This document shows positions 40,581 through 51,615 of a DNA stretch of 64,000 nt, piece after piece. A program made the position numbers and the translations under genes. This stretch comes from a bacterium (lineage in GTDB: Bacteria; SM23-31): the NCBI GenBank assembly GCA_965249485.1, contig OZ252239.1, forward strand, positions 320,001 to 384,000, read 5' to 3'. How positions within the stretch are numbered: position 1 is the stretch's first letter; each line of letters starts with the position of its first letter. Below the pieces are notes generated by a model. The model had not been told where the DNA came from and searched no databases. It worked only from the letters and a program-made list of their open reading frames with translations.

Positions 40581-41523
40581 ATATAAGTATGTTACGAGAG
40601 CGAAAAGTATCGCTCTCCCCTTCTTATCATTGCTTGTCATTTTTTCATCATGCGGCACCAAAAAAGAAATTCCCCTGTTCAGTGGTGATAATTCCTTTGC
40701 ATATTTGACGACACAAACCGATTTTGGTCCCCGAAATCCCGGCTCATCCGGGCACAGTAAGTGCCGTGACTATCTAATTACAGAGTTCTCAAAGTTTGCA
40801 GATCAGGTCAACAGACAGGATTTTGACTTTACCGACGAATTCACTGATTCGTCGTTTATATTGACAAACATTATCGCGTCTTTCAATCTAAATCCTCCTG
40901 GAAACAGGAGAATTCTGCTGACGGCTCATTGGGATACCCGCCCGTATGCCGACGGTGATAGTCTATCACCTGACAGAAACACACCCATCCTCGGCGCTAA
41001 TGACGGTGCATCGGGTGCCGCGGTACTCCTTGAACTCGCTTCGGTTCTACATAATAATCCGCCGCCGATTGGTGTCGATATTATTCTTTTCGACGGTGAG
41101 GATTACGGCCGGACAAACCAAAATGGACTCGATTATTACTTTATTGGTTCCAAACATTTTGCTGAAAACAAAGGTGATTACCGTCCCGACTATGCGATAC
41201 TGCTCGATATGGTAGGAAGTGCCGCACCGCAGTTCTATATTGAGGGATATTCGAACCAGTATGCTCCCACAATCGTGCGAAAATTATGGAACAAAGCCCG
41301 TGATCTGGGCTATACCGAATTTGTCAATCAGATGGGAGCGGGAATCAATGACGATCATGTTATCCTCAATCAAGCTGGAATTCCGACTGTGAATATTATC
41401 GATATCAATGCGCAAAAGTTAAACTATCCCTACTGGCATACTCTTGAAGACACACCCGATAAATGCAGCGCTGAAACTCTTGGTAAAATTGGAACATTGC
41501 TGCTCAATGTGATCTATGAATAA
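40552..41523 (+). CDS. M28-family lipoprotein, glutaminyl-peptide cyclotransferase-like
   Basis: FSSC lipobox; FGPRNPG, AHWDTRP, GANDGASG, FDGED, LLDMVG, DDH and YWHT motifs. Confidence 0.85.
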   Translation: MIHFEKSLFRYKYVTRAKSIALPFLSLLVIFSSCGTKKEIPLFSGDNSFAYLTTQTDFGPRNPGSSGHSKCRDYLITEFSKFADQVNRQDFDFTDEFTDSSFILTNIIASFNLNPPGNRRILLTAHWDTRPYADGDSLSPDRNTPILGANDGASGAAVLLELASVLHNNPPPIGVDIILFDGEDYGRTNQNGLDYYFIGSKHFAENKGDYRPDYAILLDMVGSAAPQFYIEGYSNQYAPTIVRKLWNKARDLGYTEFVNQMGAGINDDHVILNQAGIPTVNIIDINAQKLNYPYWHTLEDTPDKCSAETLGKIGTLLLNVIYE

Positions 41524-42437
41524 ATCCCAAAAAAACTGGTACTCCCTAACGATATCATTTTCCGATTCCAAAGCGAAATACAACACACCTCTTTCACTTG
41601 CTGAGAACACGTTTGAAACATTGTCGGTAAAATGCTCCGAGTTGGAATCATGCGGGACGGAAATACGAGACAGTCTGCTGATCGCTTATTTTACCGATAA
41701 TAGTTGGAAAGATACGATTGCTGAAGAAATGAAACATTATTGTGAAAGTCTTGCAGCAATAGGATCTTTGCCGTCCGTTCCTGATTTTAAGATAGATGTA
41801 ATTGCTGATGACGATTGGGCGGAAAACTGGAAACTCCATTTTCAACCTGTTGCAATCGGTAAACGCTTTCTTGTCGTACCACCTTGGGAAAACGAGAGAG
41901 GATTTCCTGGGAGAGTGACGATCATCATTGAACCGGGAATGGTATTCGGAAACAGGATGTCACGCATCGACACAGCTAGCACTTGAACTGTTTGAGGATT
42001 ATTTTTTACCCGGAATGTCTGTGTGCGATGTGGGAACAGGTACCGGCGTTATTGCAATTGCGGCCGCAAAAATTGGTGCGAATAATGTGTTTGCGTTCGA
42101 CAACGATCCCAAAGCAATCGAATATGCCCACAAATGTATTGCAATCAACAATGTTACAGAGACTGTTGCGGCAGAGGTCCACGAAATCGCTGCTCCTCCC
42201 GACGGTCAATTTAATATTGTTACTGCCAATATAAATCGTTCGATATTGACCACATATGCATCCGCACTGACAAGAATCACTATCTCTAGCGGATATATCA
42301 TCATGTCGGGACTTGAAATCGGAGAAGAAGAGAGCGTGATACATGCTTTTGAGACAATTTCTTGCACATTAGAAAAAAAGATTGAACGATTGGGATGGAT
42401 AGGGCTTGCGTTTCAGCTTAGGGGGAATCAAAGCTGA
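41516..42437 (+). pseudogene. prmA: Ribosomal protein L11 methyltransferase split by a +1 frameshift (or a sequencing error)
   Basis: DWAENWK..F.P, PPWE and IEPGMVFG are in one frame; TGCHAST, DVGTGTG and ANI are in the next. An extra A in GGAAACA lies at 41950-41952. Confidence 0.85.
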
Positions 42438-42484
42438 AATTTTCTTAAATGGTACTCTTATTGTCATGTTACTCTATTGAGCAA

Positions 42485-44941
42485 TTACAGCAGATTGACC
42501 GGATCGACATCGATTGTCATCGACACTGTCTGCTTGAATGATGATTTCATAAAATAATCACGTGCCATCCGAGCAGCCTCGCGTATGGTCTTTCCATTGA
42601 GATCCTCCGATTTGCCGCTCCGTAGGAATATCATCCACCGATATTTGTTTCTGACTTTTTCTATTGGCGCAGGCGCAGGGCCGAGCAAATGGTTATGTGC
42701 TTCGGTTTTCCGCAGCCATTTACCGACCTGTGTTGCTGCATTCTCAACTTCACTTTCTGCCTGCCCCGAAAATCTCAACAAAATTATTCTTCCGAACGGA
42801 GGATAATCGAGTTCTTTTCTCTTTTCTGATTCTTGCTCATAAAACCGGATAAAGTCATGGTTGATCACCGCATTGAGGCAGTAATGATCGGAATGGTAGG
42901 TCTGAACAAGCACAAGTCCCTGCTCTTTTCTCCTTCCGGCGCGACCGGCTGCCTGCGTCAGCAGTTGAAACGTTTTTTCGGCCGCTCTGAATTCCGGTAG
43001 CAGTAGCCCCGTATCTGCTGAGACAATACCGACCAGGTTGACCCGTGAAAAATCAAATCCCTTTGCAATCATCTGGGTTCCGACAAGCACATCCGAATCG
43101 CCCCGCTCGAATTCACTTGTTATTTTATTGTGCGCACTTTTCGACCGTGTGGTATCGAGATCCATCCGAATCGTCCGATAACCGGGAATATATTCTTTGA
43201 GCGATTCCTCTACCTGTTGTGTTCCGACACCGGTATAGCGAAGATTGGTACCGCGGCATTCGGGGCACGTAAGCGGAGCTTTCCCTTCGTTTCCACAAAA
43301 ATGACACATGACCTTATTGGTTTTTTTGTGAAATGTCAGGCTTATATTGCACTGACTGCACGTCTCGATATATCCACACTTGCTGCACGATATAAAAGTT
43401 GAAAACCCCCGTCGGTTATACATGAGCAGCACCTGCTCGGATTTTTTCAGCCTCTTCGTAATTTCATCAATCAGCACATCGCTGAATATTGACCTTTTAC
43501 GATAGATCTCTTCCTCTTCCTGATTTTTCAGATCAATTAATTTCACGTCAGGCATCGGCACATTATCTATCCGGTCAGGGAGTTTCAGGAGGGTGTATTT
43601 TCCATTTATTGCATTATAATATGATTCCATACTCGGAGTTGCAGATCCGAGAATTACTACACCGTTATTGAGGACACCGCGATAGACTGCGACATCACGA
43701 GCATGATAATAAGGCGGTGATTCATGCTGCTTATAGGAGCTGTCGTGCTCTTCATCCACGATGATGAGCTTGAGTCGTTTGACCGGTGCGAAAATCACGG
43801 ACCGGGGACCGATAACGAGCCGTTTCTGACCCGAAGCTATCGAACGCCATGAATCGTACCGTTCTCCAGTCGACATCCTGCTGTGGAGAACTGCCACTTC
43901 GTTGCCAAATTGTGCACGGAAACTCGTTAGAAAATAATCCGTCAATGCAATTTCGGGCACCAGTAAAAGGACACCTTCACCAGCTTCGAGGGATTTACGT
44001 ATCAGTTCCATGTAGACGCGGGTCTTACCACTGCCTGTTACGCCGTGAAGAAGATAGACACCGTTTCTGTTTGAATCTTCTGAATGGGCAATTTGCTTAA
44101 CGAGAAGTTTTTGTGCTTTTTTTAGCGGCAGCAGAGCTTCTTTTTTCTGCTCATCCGGAGCCAGATATTCGCGAACAACTGCATTGCTGAATTTTTCGAT
44201 GAGCCCCTTTTTTGTCAATGCGGAAATTGCCTGGTCTGAACCGGAATATTTTTTGACTATAATGCTGCGGCTTATTGGGTTATGTCCACATATATACGTG
44301 TACACTGTTTTCTGAAGTGGTGCCCGTGAAAAAAGTTCTTCCGTTTTCTTTTCAGATAAAGTTATGAGCGGCCGGTAGTAGAGCAACATTTTTGGTTTTA
44401 CATCCCGGGAAGTAATTTGCTGATGAATGGTGATGAGGTTATACTTTTTGAGTTTATCGAGCGAATGGTAGAGACGGTACCTGCCGATTTCCTTCCGGAT
44501 AGTCTGTGGCGTCACCCGTTTCTGGTTCCTGACACAATGTATGATCTTTTCCTCAAGGGTACTGAGATTCACTCCATCCGGCTGAGTGTATGCCGTACCG
44601 GGTGTAATGAGTTCATAACTTTCTCTGTTGATTTTGACCGGAAGCATAAGGTCGAGTATTTCTCCGGTCGAAACAAAATAGTACGATCCCATCCACCGGG
44701 CAAGTGCAAACATCTCTTCATCAAAAACAGGCTCATCAAATAATATATCCTGTAGCTCTTTCACTTTGAATGTCGGATTTTGTGATGAGAGTGCTGTCAC
44801 AAATCCTGTTTTCAGGCTGTTGCGGAATGGTGCGGCTACAATAGTGCCGGGGACAACTGTCTCTTCCATATCGACAGGAACTTTATACGTAAATTCTTTT
44901 TCCAGAGGCAGCGGAAAAACAACCTGAGCAAACTGTTTCAT
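42485..44941 (-). CDS. priA: Primosomal protein N' (replication restart helicase)
   Basis: GVTGSGKT, DEEHD, SATP, four CxxC pairs and GTQMIAKG motifs. Confidence 0.97.
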   Translation of the reverse strand: MKQFAQVVFPLPLEKEFTYKVPVDMEETVVPGTIVAAPFRNSLKTGFVTALSSQNPTFKVKELQDILFDEPVFDEEMFALARWMGSYYFVSTGEILDLMLPVKINRESYELITPGTAYTQPDGVNLSTLEEKIIHCVRNQKRVTPQTIRKEIGRYRLYHSLDKLKKYNLITIHQQITSRDVKPKMLLYYRPLITLSEKKTEELFSRAPLQKTVYTYICGHNPISRSIIVKKYSGSDQAISALTKKGLIEKFSNAVVREYLAPDEQKKEALLPLKKAQKLLVKQIAHSEDSNRNGVYLLHGVTGSGKTRVYMELIRKSLEAGEGVLLLVPEIALTDYFLTSFRAQFGNEVAVLHSRMSTGERYDSWRSIASGQKRLVIGPRSVIFAPVKRLKLIIVDEEHDSSYKQHESPPYYHARDVAVYRGVLNNGVVILGSATPSMESYYNAINGKYTLLKLPDRIDNVPMPDVKLIDLKNQEEEEIYRKRSIFSDVLIDEITKRLKKSEQVLLMYNRRGFSTFISCSKCGYIETCSQCNISLTFHKKTNKVMCHFCGNEGKAPLTCPECRGTNLRYTGVGTQQVEESLKEYIPGYRTIRMDLDTTRSKSAHNKITSEFERGDSDVLVGTQMIAKGFDFSRVNLVGIVSADTGLLLPEFRAAEKTFQLLTQAAGRAGRRKEQGLVLVQTYHSDHYCLNAVINHDFIRFYEQESEKRKELDYPPFGRIILLRFSGQAESEVENAATQVGKWLRKTEAHNHLLGPAPAPIEKVRNKYRWMIFLRSGKSEDLNGKTIREAARMARDYFMKSSFKQTVSMTIDVDPVNLL

Positions 44942-44975
44942 ACGTTATATTTTATGGATTATAATATTAAGAACG

Positions 44976-45515
44976 TTATAAGAAGACTAATCTGCAGACG
45001 ATAAAAGCGGCTGCAAGTCCGACAAAATCGGCAATCAAACAAGCAGGTACTGTATGGCGGTGTTTTCTGATAGCAACACTTCCGAAATAAAGCGCGACAA
45101 TATAAAACGTCGTTTCCGTACTCCCCATCATCGTCGAGGCAAGCCTGCCGATGAAGGAATCGGCACCATGTGTATTGATGAGTTCCGACATTATGCCAAG
45201 CGACCCTGAACCGGAAAGCGGTCGTAATAGTGCCATAGGCAGCGCTTCAGCCGGATACCCAAAAAATCCGGTTATGGGTGATATGATACGCACAAACATA
45301 TCCATTGCTCCCGATTCCCTGAACATACCAATGGCAACAAGAATAGCAACAAGAAACGGAATGATCTTGATCGCTATTTCAAACCCTTCCTTCGCTCCTT
45401 CGACAAAGACTTCATAAACTTTGACCTTCCGGACAAAGCCTGTGACGACTATCGTTACAAAAATGACAGGTATAGCCCATGAAGAAATGAGTTCAATTAT
45501 TGCGCGGAATCCCAT
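44976..45515 (-). CDS. spmB: SpmB-like nucleoside-recognition (Gate) membrane protein
   Basis: FVEGAKEG, RPLSGSG and GSTETTFY motifs. Confidence 0.88.
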   Translation of the reverse strand: MGFRAIIELISSWAIPVIFVTIVVTGFVRKVKVYEVFVEGAKEGFEIAIKIIPFLVAILVAIGMFRESGAMDMFVRIISPITGFFGYPAEALPMALLRPLSGSGSLGIMSELINTHGADSFIGRLASTMMGSTETTFYIVALYFGSVAIRKHRHTVPACLIADFVGLAAAFIVCRLVFL

Positions 45516-45539
45516 AAAAATATCCTGTGCTATTTGATG

Positions 45540-46151
45540 TTATGAATCGTCTGCATTCAATTTTTTAATCCGGAAAACCTTTAATCTCTGCAGTAATTTT
45601 GATGCAACGATGGCTGTAATCGTCGAGCAGGTTGTCGCGATTATTGTTGTCCCGATTATATCGGTCGGACCTGCCGATTCAGCGGCAACCCGAATTCCGA
45701 TCACGGTAGCCGGAATAATCGTCACATCCGAGGTATTGATAGCAAGAAACGTTGCCATCGCATTCGATGCATACTCTTTATCCTCATTCAATTCCTGCAG
45801 TTCTCTCATCGCTTTGAGTCCGAGCGGCGTGGCAGCATTTGCCAAACCGAGCGCATTAGCCGCCATGTTCATGATCATCGATCCCATCGCAGGATGCTCC
45901 GGCGGTACATCCGGAAATATCCTCCGCATAACCGGTTTTACTGCTTTTGCAAGCAGGGTCACAAGTCCCGACTCTTCGGCGACACGCATTATACCAAGCC
46001 ATAACGCCAAGAAACCGATCAACCCCAGAGCAAGTTCGACCGAAGTACGAGCACCGTTCATAGCACCTTCGGTAACACCCGCAATATTTCCTGTTGCACC
46101 GCCGACAATCACCGCAAAAACAATCAACAACAGCCAAATGATATTTATCAT
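45540..46151 (-). CDS. spmA: SpmA-like nucleoside-recognition (Gate) membrane protein
   Basis: LWLGIM, ANALGLANAATPLGLKAM and FLAINT motifs. Confidence 0.88.
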   Translation of the reverse strand: MINIIWLLLIVFAVIVGGATGNIAGVTEGAMNGARTSVELALGLIGFLALWLGIMRVAEESGLVTLLAKAVKPVMRRIFPDVPPEHPAMGSMIMNMAANALGLANAATPLGLKAMRELQELNEDKEYASNAMATFLAINTSDVTIIPATVIGIRVAAESAGPTDIIGTTIIATTCSTITAIVASKLLQRLKVFRIKKLNADDS

Positions 46152-46442
46152 GATTGGTTATTTATGTAAGAATTAGTAAACATTTTAAAATTACACCAAG
46201 TTACAGTTTTTATAACATATTGTCAACCTCTCATCATTGCTGTGGAATTTGGTTAATACAGAGCATGGTTTCACAGGAATTTCTATTACTCTTGAGCAAA
46301 AAATAGACGGAGATTTTAATTGATTTTAATGAATATTCTCTTAAATTTCGGATTAGTGATTGTTCGTGTTGAAAGGTCAAGATAACCTCGCGATTTCTAC
46401 ACAATTCAGTATCCTTTCGGGCATTTCAAAACTTACGTATAC

Positions 46443-49400
46443 GTGAAAATGACTAATTTCGTACATCTTCATAATCATACTGAATACAGTCTTCTGGACG
46501 GTTTGTGCAAGGTCAGTGATCTTGTTAAAGCAACACAGGAGGCAAAGATGTCCTCTGTGGCTATTACCGATCACGGAAATCTCTTCGGTGCAATCGAGTT
46601 TTATCAAAAGGCGACCAGCGAGGGGATAAAACCCATTATCGGAATGGAAGCGTATGTAGCAAAAGAGCCCATCATTGATGGTAAGAAAGGCAATGGTGGC
46701 ATCAAGAACTCATATAATCACCTGGTTTTGCTGGCCAAGAATGCAAAGGGATATAAAAACCTCATCAAACTCGCTTCACTTGCATATGAAAAGGGATTCT
46801 ATTACCGGCCGAGAGTAGATGATGCAATGCTTGAAGAATATTCCGAGGGCATTCTCGGTATGTCTGCCTGTATCAAGGGAATGATTCCCGAACTGTTAAT
46901 CAACAACGAACGGAAAAAAGCTGAAGATAAATTAGCACAATACCTCGATATTTTTGATGGTGATTTCTACATCGAGCTCATGGATCACGGCATCGATGAA
47001 GAGATCATTGCGAAACAGCGGCTTGTTGATCTCGCGCGAGATAAGGGCGTACCGCTTGTCGCAACCAACGACAGCCACTATATGAGACGCAATCACGCTT
47101 CTGCCCATGAAATTATGTTGTGTGTGCAGACACAAACAACGATGTCTGATCCCAAACGATTTAAATTGTCGACTCACGAGCTCTATTTTAAAACGCTTTC
47201 GGAAATGGAAACCTTGTTTGATGCAATACCTGAGGCACTCTCAAATACGGTTATGGTTGCAGATAAATGCAATGTTCTGCTTGATTTCACATCGCGCAAT
47301 CTGCCAAAATACCCCCTTGATGATCAGTATAAGGAAAAAGGGATTGACTCATATTTAACAACAATTGCTTATGAAGGCATTGAGACAAAATATAAAAAGG
47401 TAACTCCCGAGATTCAAGAGCGGCTCGACTATGAGCTGAGCATCATCCACAAAATGCATTTTTCCGATTATTTTCTAGTCGTCAAAGATTTTACCGACTT
47501 TGCGCGGAATAATGATATTCCTGTCGGACCGGGGCGCGGGTCTGCTGCAGGAAGTCTCACATCTTATGCACTCGGCATTACGAATATCGATCCGATCAAG
47601 TATGATCTTCTGTTTGAGCGATTCCTGAATCCTGAGCGGGTTACTATGCCCGATATCGACATCGACTTTTGTTATGAGAAACGTGATCAGGTTATCAATT
47701 ATTGTAAGGAAAAATACGGTGAGGACTGCGTTACACAGATAATTACGTTCGGAAGCATGAACGCCCGTGGGGTGATACGCGATGTTGGACGGGTCATGGA
47801 TCTAACCTATGATGAGGTCGATAAACTTGCGAAACTAATTCCGAACATTCCGAAAATTACGCTCAAGTCTGCCCTTGAAAACTCTCAAGAATTGAAGACT
47901 GCCATTAACGGAAATCCCCAGTACCAAACACTTATCAAGGAAGCGCAAGTTCTTGAAGGTATGGCACGGCATGCTTCAACACATGCTGCCGGCATTGTCA
48001 TTGCACCGGAACCGCTAACAAATTTTTTGCCGCTATTTAAAAATCCGAAAACGGGTGATACTACATCGCAGTACACAATGAATTACATTGAGAATATCGG
48101 GCTGCTCAAAATTGATATTCTCGGAATTCGGACCCTTACCGTAATTAACGACTGTGTGAAAATGGTTCACAATAAAGGAATAACGCTTGATTTAGAGAGT
48201 ATTCCGCTCGATGACAAAAAGACGTATGAGCTTTTTTCACGAGCAGATACCGTCGGTGTTTTTCAGTTTGAAAGTACCGGAATGCGAGACTATCTCCGAA
48301 AGTTAAAACCGGAGTGTATTGAAGACTTGATTGCTATGAATGCGCTATACCGCCCCGGTCCTCTCGGCAGCAATATGGTTGATAATTTCATCAAGCGGAA
48401 GCACGGTGAGAAAGAGATTGAGTATATTCATGAAAAGCTTGAACCGATCCTCCGTGAAACGAACGGTATTATCGTGTACCAGGAACAGGTTATGCGGATT
48501 GCGAACGATCTTGCCGGATTTACGCTGGGTAACGCGGACATCCTCCGATGGGCAATGGGAAAGAAAAAACTCGAGCTCATGCGAGAGAAAAAAGAAGAAT
48601 TTAAAGACGGATGTGAAAAAAACGGTATCGACAATAAGACGGCCGAAGAAATATTCGACCATATTGACAAATTTGCCGGATACGGATTTAACAAATCTCA
48701 TTCTGCCGGTTATGCTCTGGTAGCATACCAGACTGCATATTTGAAAACCCACTTTCCAAGTGAATTTATGGCGGCTACAATGTCATCCGAACTGGACCAG
48801 ACCGACAGAATTGTCATTTTGCTGGATGAGTGCCGTCAGATGGGAATCGAAGTTAAAGCTCCCGATATCATGAGGAGCGAAGTTAAATTTACTGTAATAG
48901 ATAATGCTATACGATTCGGGCTGGGGGCAATTAAAAATGTTGGACAAGCAGCACTCACTTCTCTTCTTGAGGAACGGGGTTCGTTTGAACATTGTACCCA
49001 ATTTTTTGAATTTTGTGAGCATGTCGATTCTCGTACTGTAAACAAAAAAGTTTTTGAGAGCCTAATTAAAGCAGGTGCCCTCGACAGTCTGGCCGGAAGC
49101 CGCACCGAGAAATTCCAGTCTATCGATATGGCACTCAACTATGCACACCACTCGAGCGCTGAGCGTGAAAAGGGACAAACAAATATTTTTAATGTGGACG
49201 AAGACAGCGACGCACCTGTGGTTGAGAAGGACTATCCGTCGCTCACTTTTAATGAAGAAAACGATTGGTCGGTTTACGACATTCTCGCATTTGAAAAAGA
49301 TGTTCTCGGATTTTACCTGTCCGGTCATCCGCTCAATAAATATCGTGATGAGCTGGAAGGACTGTCGCTTCATCAAATAGCCCAGCTTCCGGAATTAAAG

Positions 49401-49913
49401 ACCGAGATTCCCATCAGGAACGGCGGTATCGTGACATCATTAAAAATCTCCTCAACAAAAAAAGATCCGAACAAAAGTATCGCCTTTCTGACAATCGAAG
49501 ATTTCACCGGATCGATCGAAGCAATTCTTTTTCCCGACCGATTTGCCAAATTCCGTAAACTTATCGAAGTAGATACTATGATTTTCATAAGCGGGCAGCT
49601 TTCCCGCCGTGAGGAAGATAATCCGAAAATCATAGTTGACGATATCATGCCGATAGAAAAAGCGCGGGAATCTTTTACAAAGAAAGTACTGATCTCGCTA
49701 ACAGCACAGGGATTAGAACCATCTGCGCTAGAAAAGATCGATTCAGTTGCTCAAAAATCAAAAGGACACTGCGACCTGCTCATAGAGGTTAAAACATCTG
49801 CGAATGAACGAGTGCTTATGAAATCGGGAAAATATCATATAAACGCAAATGACAAAACAATCGGTAAACTCCGAGAGCTTCTCGGCAAAGATAACGTGAG
49901 AATTGCCGGATAG
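46443..49913 (+). CDS. dnaE: DNA polymerase III alpha subunit
   Basis: HLHNHTEYSLLDG PHP domain, GRGSAAGS, PDIDIDF, YGFNKSH and OB fold. Confidence 0.99.
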   Translation: MKMTNFVHLHNHTEYSLLDGLCKVSDLVKATQEAKMSSVAITDHGNLFGAIEFYQKATSEGIKPIIGMEAYVAKEPIIDGKKGNGGIKNSYNHLVLLAKNAKGYKNLIKLASLAYEKGFYYRPRVDDAMLEEYSEGILGMSACIKGMIPELLINNERKKAEDKLAQYLDIFDGDFYIELMDHGIDEEIIAKQRLVDLARDKGVPLVATNDSHYMRRNHASAHEIMLCVQTQTTMSDPKRFKLSTHELYFKTLSEMETLFDAIPEALSNTVMVADKCNVLLDFTSRNLPKYPLDDQYKEKGIDSYLTTIAYEGIETKYKKVTPEIQERLDYELSIIHKMHFSDYFLVVKDFTDFARNNDIPVGPGRGSAAGSLTSYALGITNIDPIKYDLLFERFLNPERVTMPDIDIDFCYEKRDQVINYCKEKYGEDCVTQIITFGSMNARGVIRDVGRVMDLTYDEVDKLAKLIPNIPKITLKSALENSQELKTAINGNPQYQTLIKEAQVLEGMARHASTHAAGIVIAPEPLTNFLPLFKNPKTGDTTSQYTMNYIENIGLLKIDILGIRTLTVINDCVKMVHNKGITLDLESIPLDDKKTYELFSRADTVGVFQFESTGMRDYLRKLKPECIEDLIAMNALYRPGPLGSNMVDNFIKRKHGEKEIEYIHEKLEPILRETNGIIVYQEQVMRIANDLAGFTLGNADILRWAMGKKKLELMREKKEEFKDGCEKNGIDNKTAEEIFDHIDKFAGYGFNKSHSAGYALVAYQTAYLKTHFPSEFMAATMSSELDQTDRIVILLDECRQMGIEVKAPDIMRSEVKFTVIDNAIRFGLGAIKNVGQAALTSLLEERGSFEHCTQFFEFCEHVDSRTVNKKVFESLIKAGALDSLAGSRTEKFQSIDMALNYAHHSSAEREKGQTNIFNVDEDSDAPVVEKDYPSLTFNEENDWSVYDILAFEKDVLGFYLSGHPLNKYRDELEGLSLHQIAQLPELKTEIPIRNGGIVTSLKISSTKKDPNKSIAFLTIEDFTGSIEAILFPDRFAKFRKLIEVDTMIFISGQLSRREEDNPKIIVDDIMPIEKARESFTKKVLISLTAQGLEPSALEKIDSVAQKSKGHCDLLIEVKTSANERVLMKSGKYHINANDKTIGKLRELLGKDNVRIAG

Positions 49914-49953
49914 CAGGCAGCATTCTACACGTGTGATCAATTGGATATACGAC

Positions 49954-50730
49954 GTGACATTATCAATTACTATTCTCGGCTCAGGTGGGTCTTCCGGTGT
50001 TCCGGAAATAGGGTGTACCTGTTCCGTATGCACTTCTTCCGATCCACGTAACAAACGACAGCGCAGTTCAATTATAATTCATCATAATGCAAGCAATATT
50101 CTCATCGATACCACTCCAGATTTTCGCCAGCAGATACTCAGTAATAGTATACAGGATATTAGTGCTATCCTTTTTACTCATGCACATGCAGATCACGTTA
50201 TGGGTCTTGCCGATATCCGTCCCTTCAATTTAATGAAGGGTATTCCGATCGATTCCTACTGCAGTGATGAGACATCTACCCACATTCAGGAAACATTTTC
50301 GTATATTTTCAATGCACCTGAGTCACTCAGACAATATTTCCCGCAGGTACAATTACATACACTGAACGGGTCTATCGAAATTTCCGGTCTATCCATCACT
50401 CCATTTACAGTTTTCCATCATAAAATGCCGGTAACTGCCTTCCGGTTTGATAACTCTGCCTATATTACAGATGTCAGCTTAATTCCCGAGGAACATTTTT
50501 CATTGTTAGATGGGCTTGATCTTCTGATTCTCGGTGCTTTCAGGTATGAAAAACATATTTCTCATTTTTCTTTAGATGAAGCGGTCGAAACCGCTCAAAA
50601 GATTAATGCCCGGAGGACAGTTTTAACCCATTTAAGTCACTCATTTGACCATGATAAAGTGAATAATGATCTTCCTGACACTATGAGCCTTGCGTATGAT
50701 GGTTTGAAAATCACACCTAAAAATCTATGA
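49954..50730 (+). CDS. MBL-fold metallo-hydrolase (PhnP/LipB-like phosphodiesterase); start 49903 or 49954
   Basis: LGSGGSSGVP.IGC.C.VC.S, THAHADH and THLSH motifs. Confidence 0.9.
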   Translation: MTLSITILGSGGSSGVPEIGCTCSVCTSSDPRNKRQRSSIIIHHNASNILIDTTPDFRQQILSNSIQDISAILFTHAHADHVMGLADIRPFNLMKGIPIDSYCSDETSTHIQETFSYIFNAPESLRQYFPQVQLHTLNGSIEISGLSITPFTVFHHKMPVTAFRFDNSAYITDVSLIPEEHFSLLDGLDLLILGAFRYEKHISHFSLDEAVETAQKINARRTVLTHLSHSFDHDKVNNDLPDTMSLAYDGLKITPKNL

Positions 50731-50779
50731 TTTTTTTATTACTCTAAATCACTTTTTAAATATAATATTATCAAAACTT

Positions 50780-50806
50780 TAAAGTTTCACAAAAGATTGA
50801 CGATAC
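50780..50806 (+). promoter_or_regulatory. Sigma28 (FliA) promoter of the flagellin gene
   Basis: TAAA-N15-GACGATAC (TAAAGTTT...) versus consensus TAAA-N15-GCCGATAA. Confidence 0.7.
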
Positions 50807-50880
50807 ATTAGAGTAGCAAGATTACACTCATGTAGTTTGTAGTATATTTTTTTAGTTTCAGGAAACAGAAGCCTACTATT

Positions 50881-50921
50881 GTCCGGCATGGAGGTCGGGC
50901 AGGCCACCAATAACAAGGAGG
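50881..50921 (+). promoter_or_regulatory. Putative CsrA binding sites in the flagellin leader
   Basis: Hairpin GUCCGGC-AUGGAG-GUCGGGC with GGA in the loop, plus ACAAGGAGG overlapping the RBS. Confidence 0.55.
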
Positions 50922-50928
50922 TTATGAT

Positions 50929-51615
50929 ATGGCCATTGGAGATTCCACCCGTATCAACACTAATATAGCTGCGTTTAATGCACTCAACGCCCTCAAGAGT
51001 GTCAACCGCAATTTAGAAAAACCCCAGTTAAAACTAGCAACAGGTCTCAGGATTAACGAGGTATCAGACGATCCTGCAGGATTTGTTATTTCAAAACGGC
51101 TCGTTGCCAGAAGCAGGGGTTTGTCGGTCGCGCTTGATAATGTCGGAACCGCTAAGAATGTGCTCTCGATTGCTGAGGGAGGGCTCTTGAGTATCTCCGA
51201 CATCCTGATCAGGATGAAGGAACTGGTAACCCAGGCGGCATCCGATACGCTCTCATTTTCGATAACTCAGAATCACGGCGCGGCAAGCCTGTCAGTCGCT
51301 TCAGGGGACGTTTCAAATAATATCACGAATTCCTCGAGTGCTGCAAGTGCGCTTTCGAATGTGAACAGTGCAATCGATCTGATTAATACGTCGCTCCAAC
51401 AGATCGGGGCGACCATATCGAGACTCACGGTTAAAGAAACAACCCTCTCGATCTCTACCACCAATACTGAGGCAACCAAAGCAAGAATCCTCGATGCCGA
51501 CATTGCTAAAGAACAGCTCGAAAGTACACGGTTCCAGATACTCCAGCAAACGGCTACTGCACAGCTTGCTCAGTCGAATGTTATACCGCAAAACGTCCTC
51601 GCGCTCTTTACCTAA
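50929..51615 (+). CDS. fliC: Flagellin, short and internally deleted (228 aa)
   Basis: RINTNIAA, LATGLRIN..SDDPAG, AEGGL..I..IL.RMKEL..QAASDT and C-terminal ARILDADIAKE..QILQQ...LAQSN motifs. Confidence 0.85.
   Translation: MAIGDSTRINTNIAAFNALNALKSVNRNLEKPQLKLATGLRINEVSDDPAGFVISKRLVARSRGLSVALDNVGTAKNVLSIAEGGLLSISDILIRMKELVTQAASDTLSFSITQNHGAASLSVASGDVSNNITNSSSAASALSNVNSAIDLINTSLQQIGATISRLTVKETTLSISTTNTEATKARILDADIAKEQLESTRFQILQQTATAQLAQSNVIPQNVLALFT

Noticed and set aside
44976..46151. Sporulation evidence from spmA/spmB
   Set aside because: These membrane proteins are widespread in non-sporulating bacteria, and no other sporulation genes are present.
46443..49913. Inteins in DnaE (also checked GyrA)
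   Set aside because: Lengths are typical, and no Cys...His-Asn insertion or LAGLIDADG block is visible.
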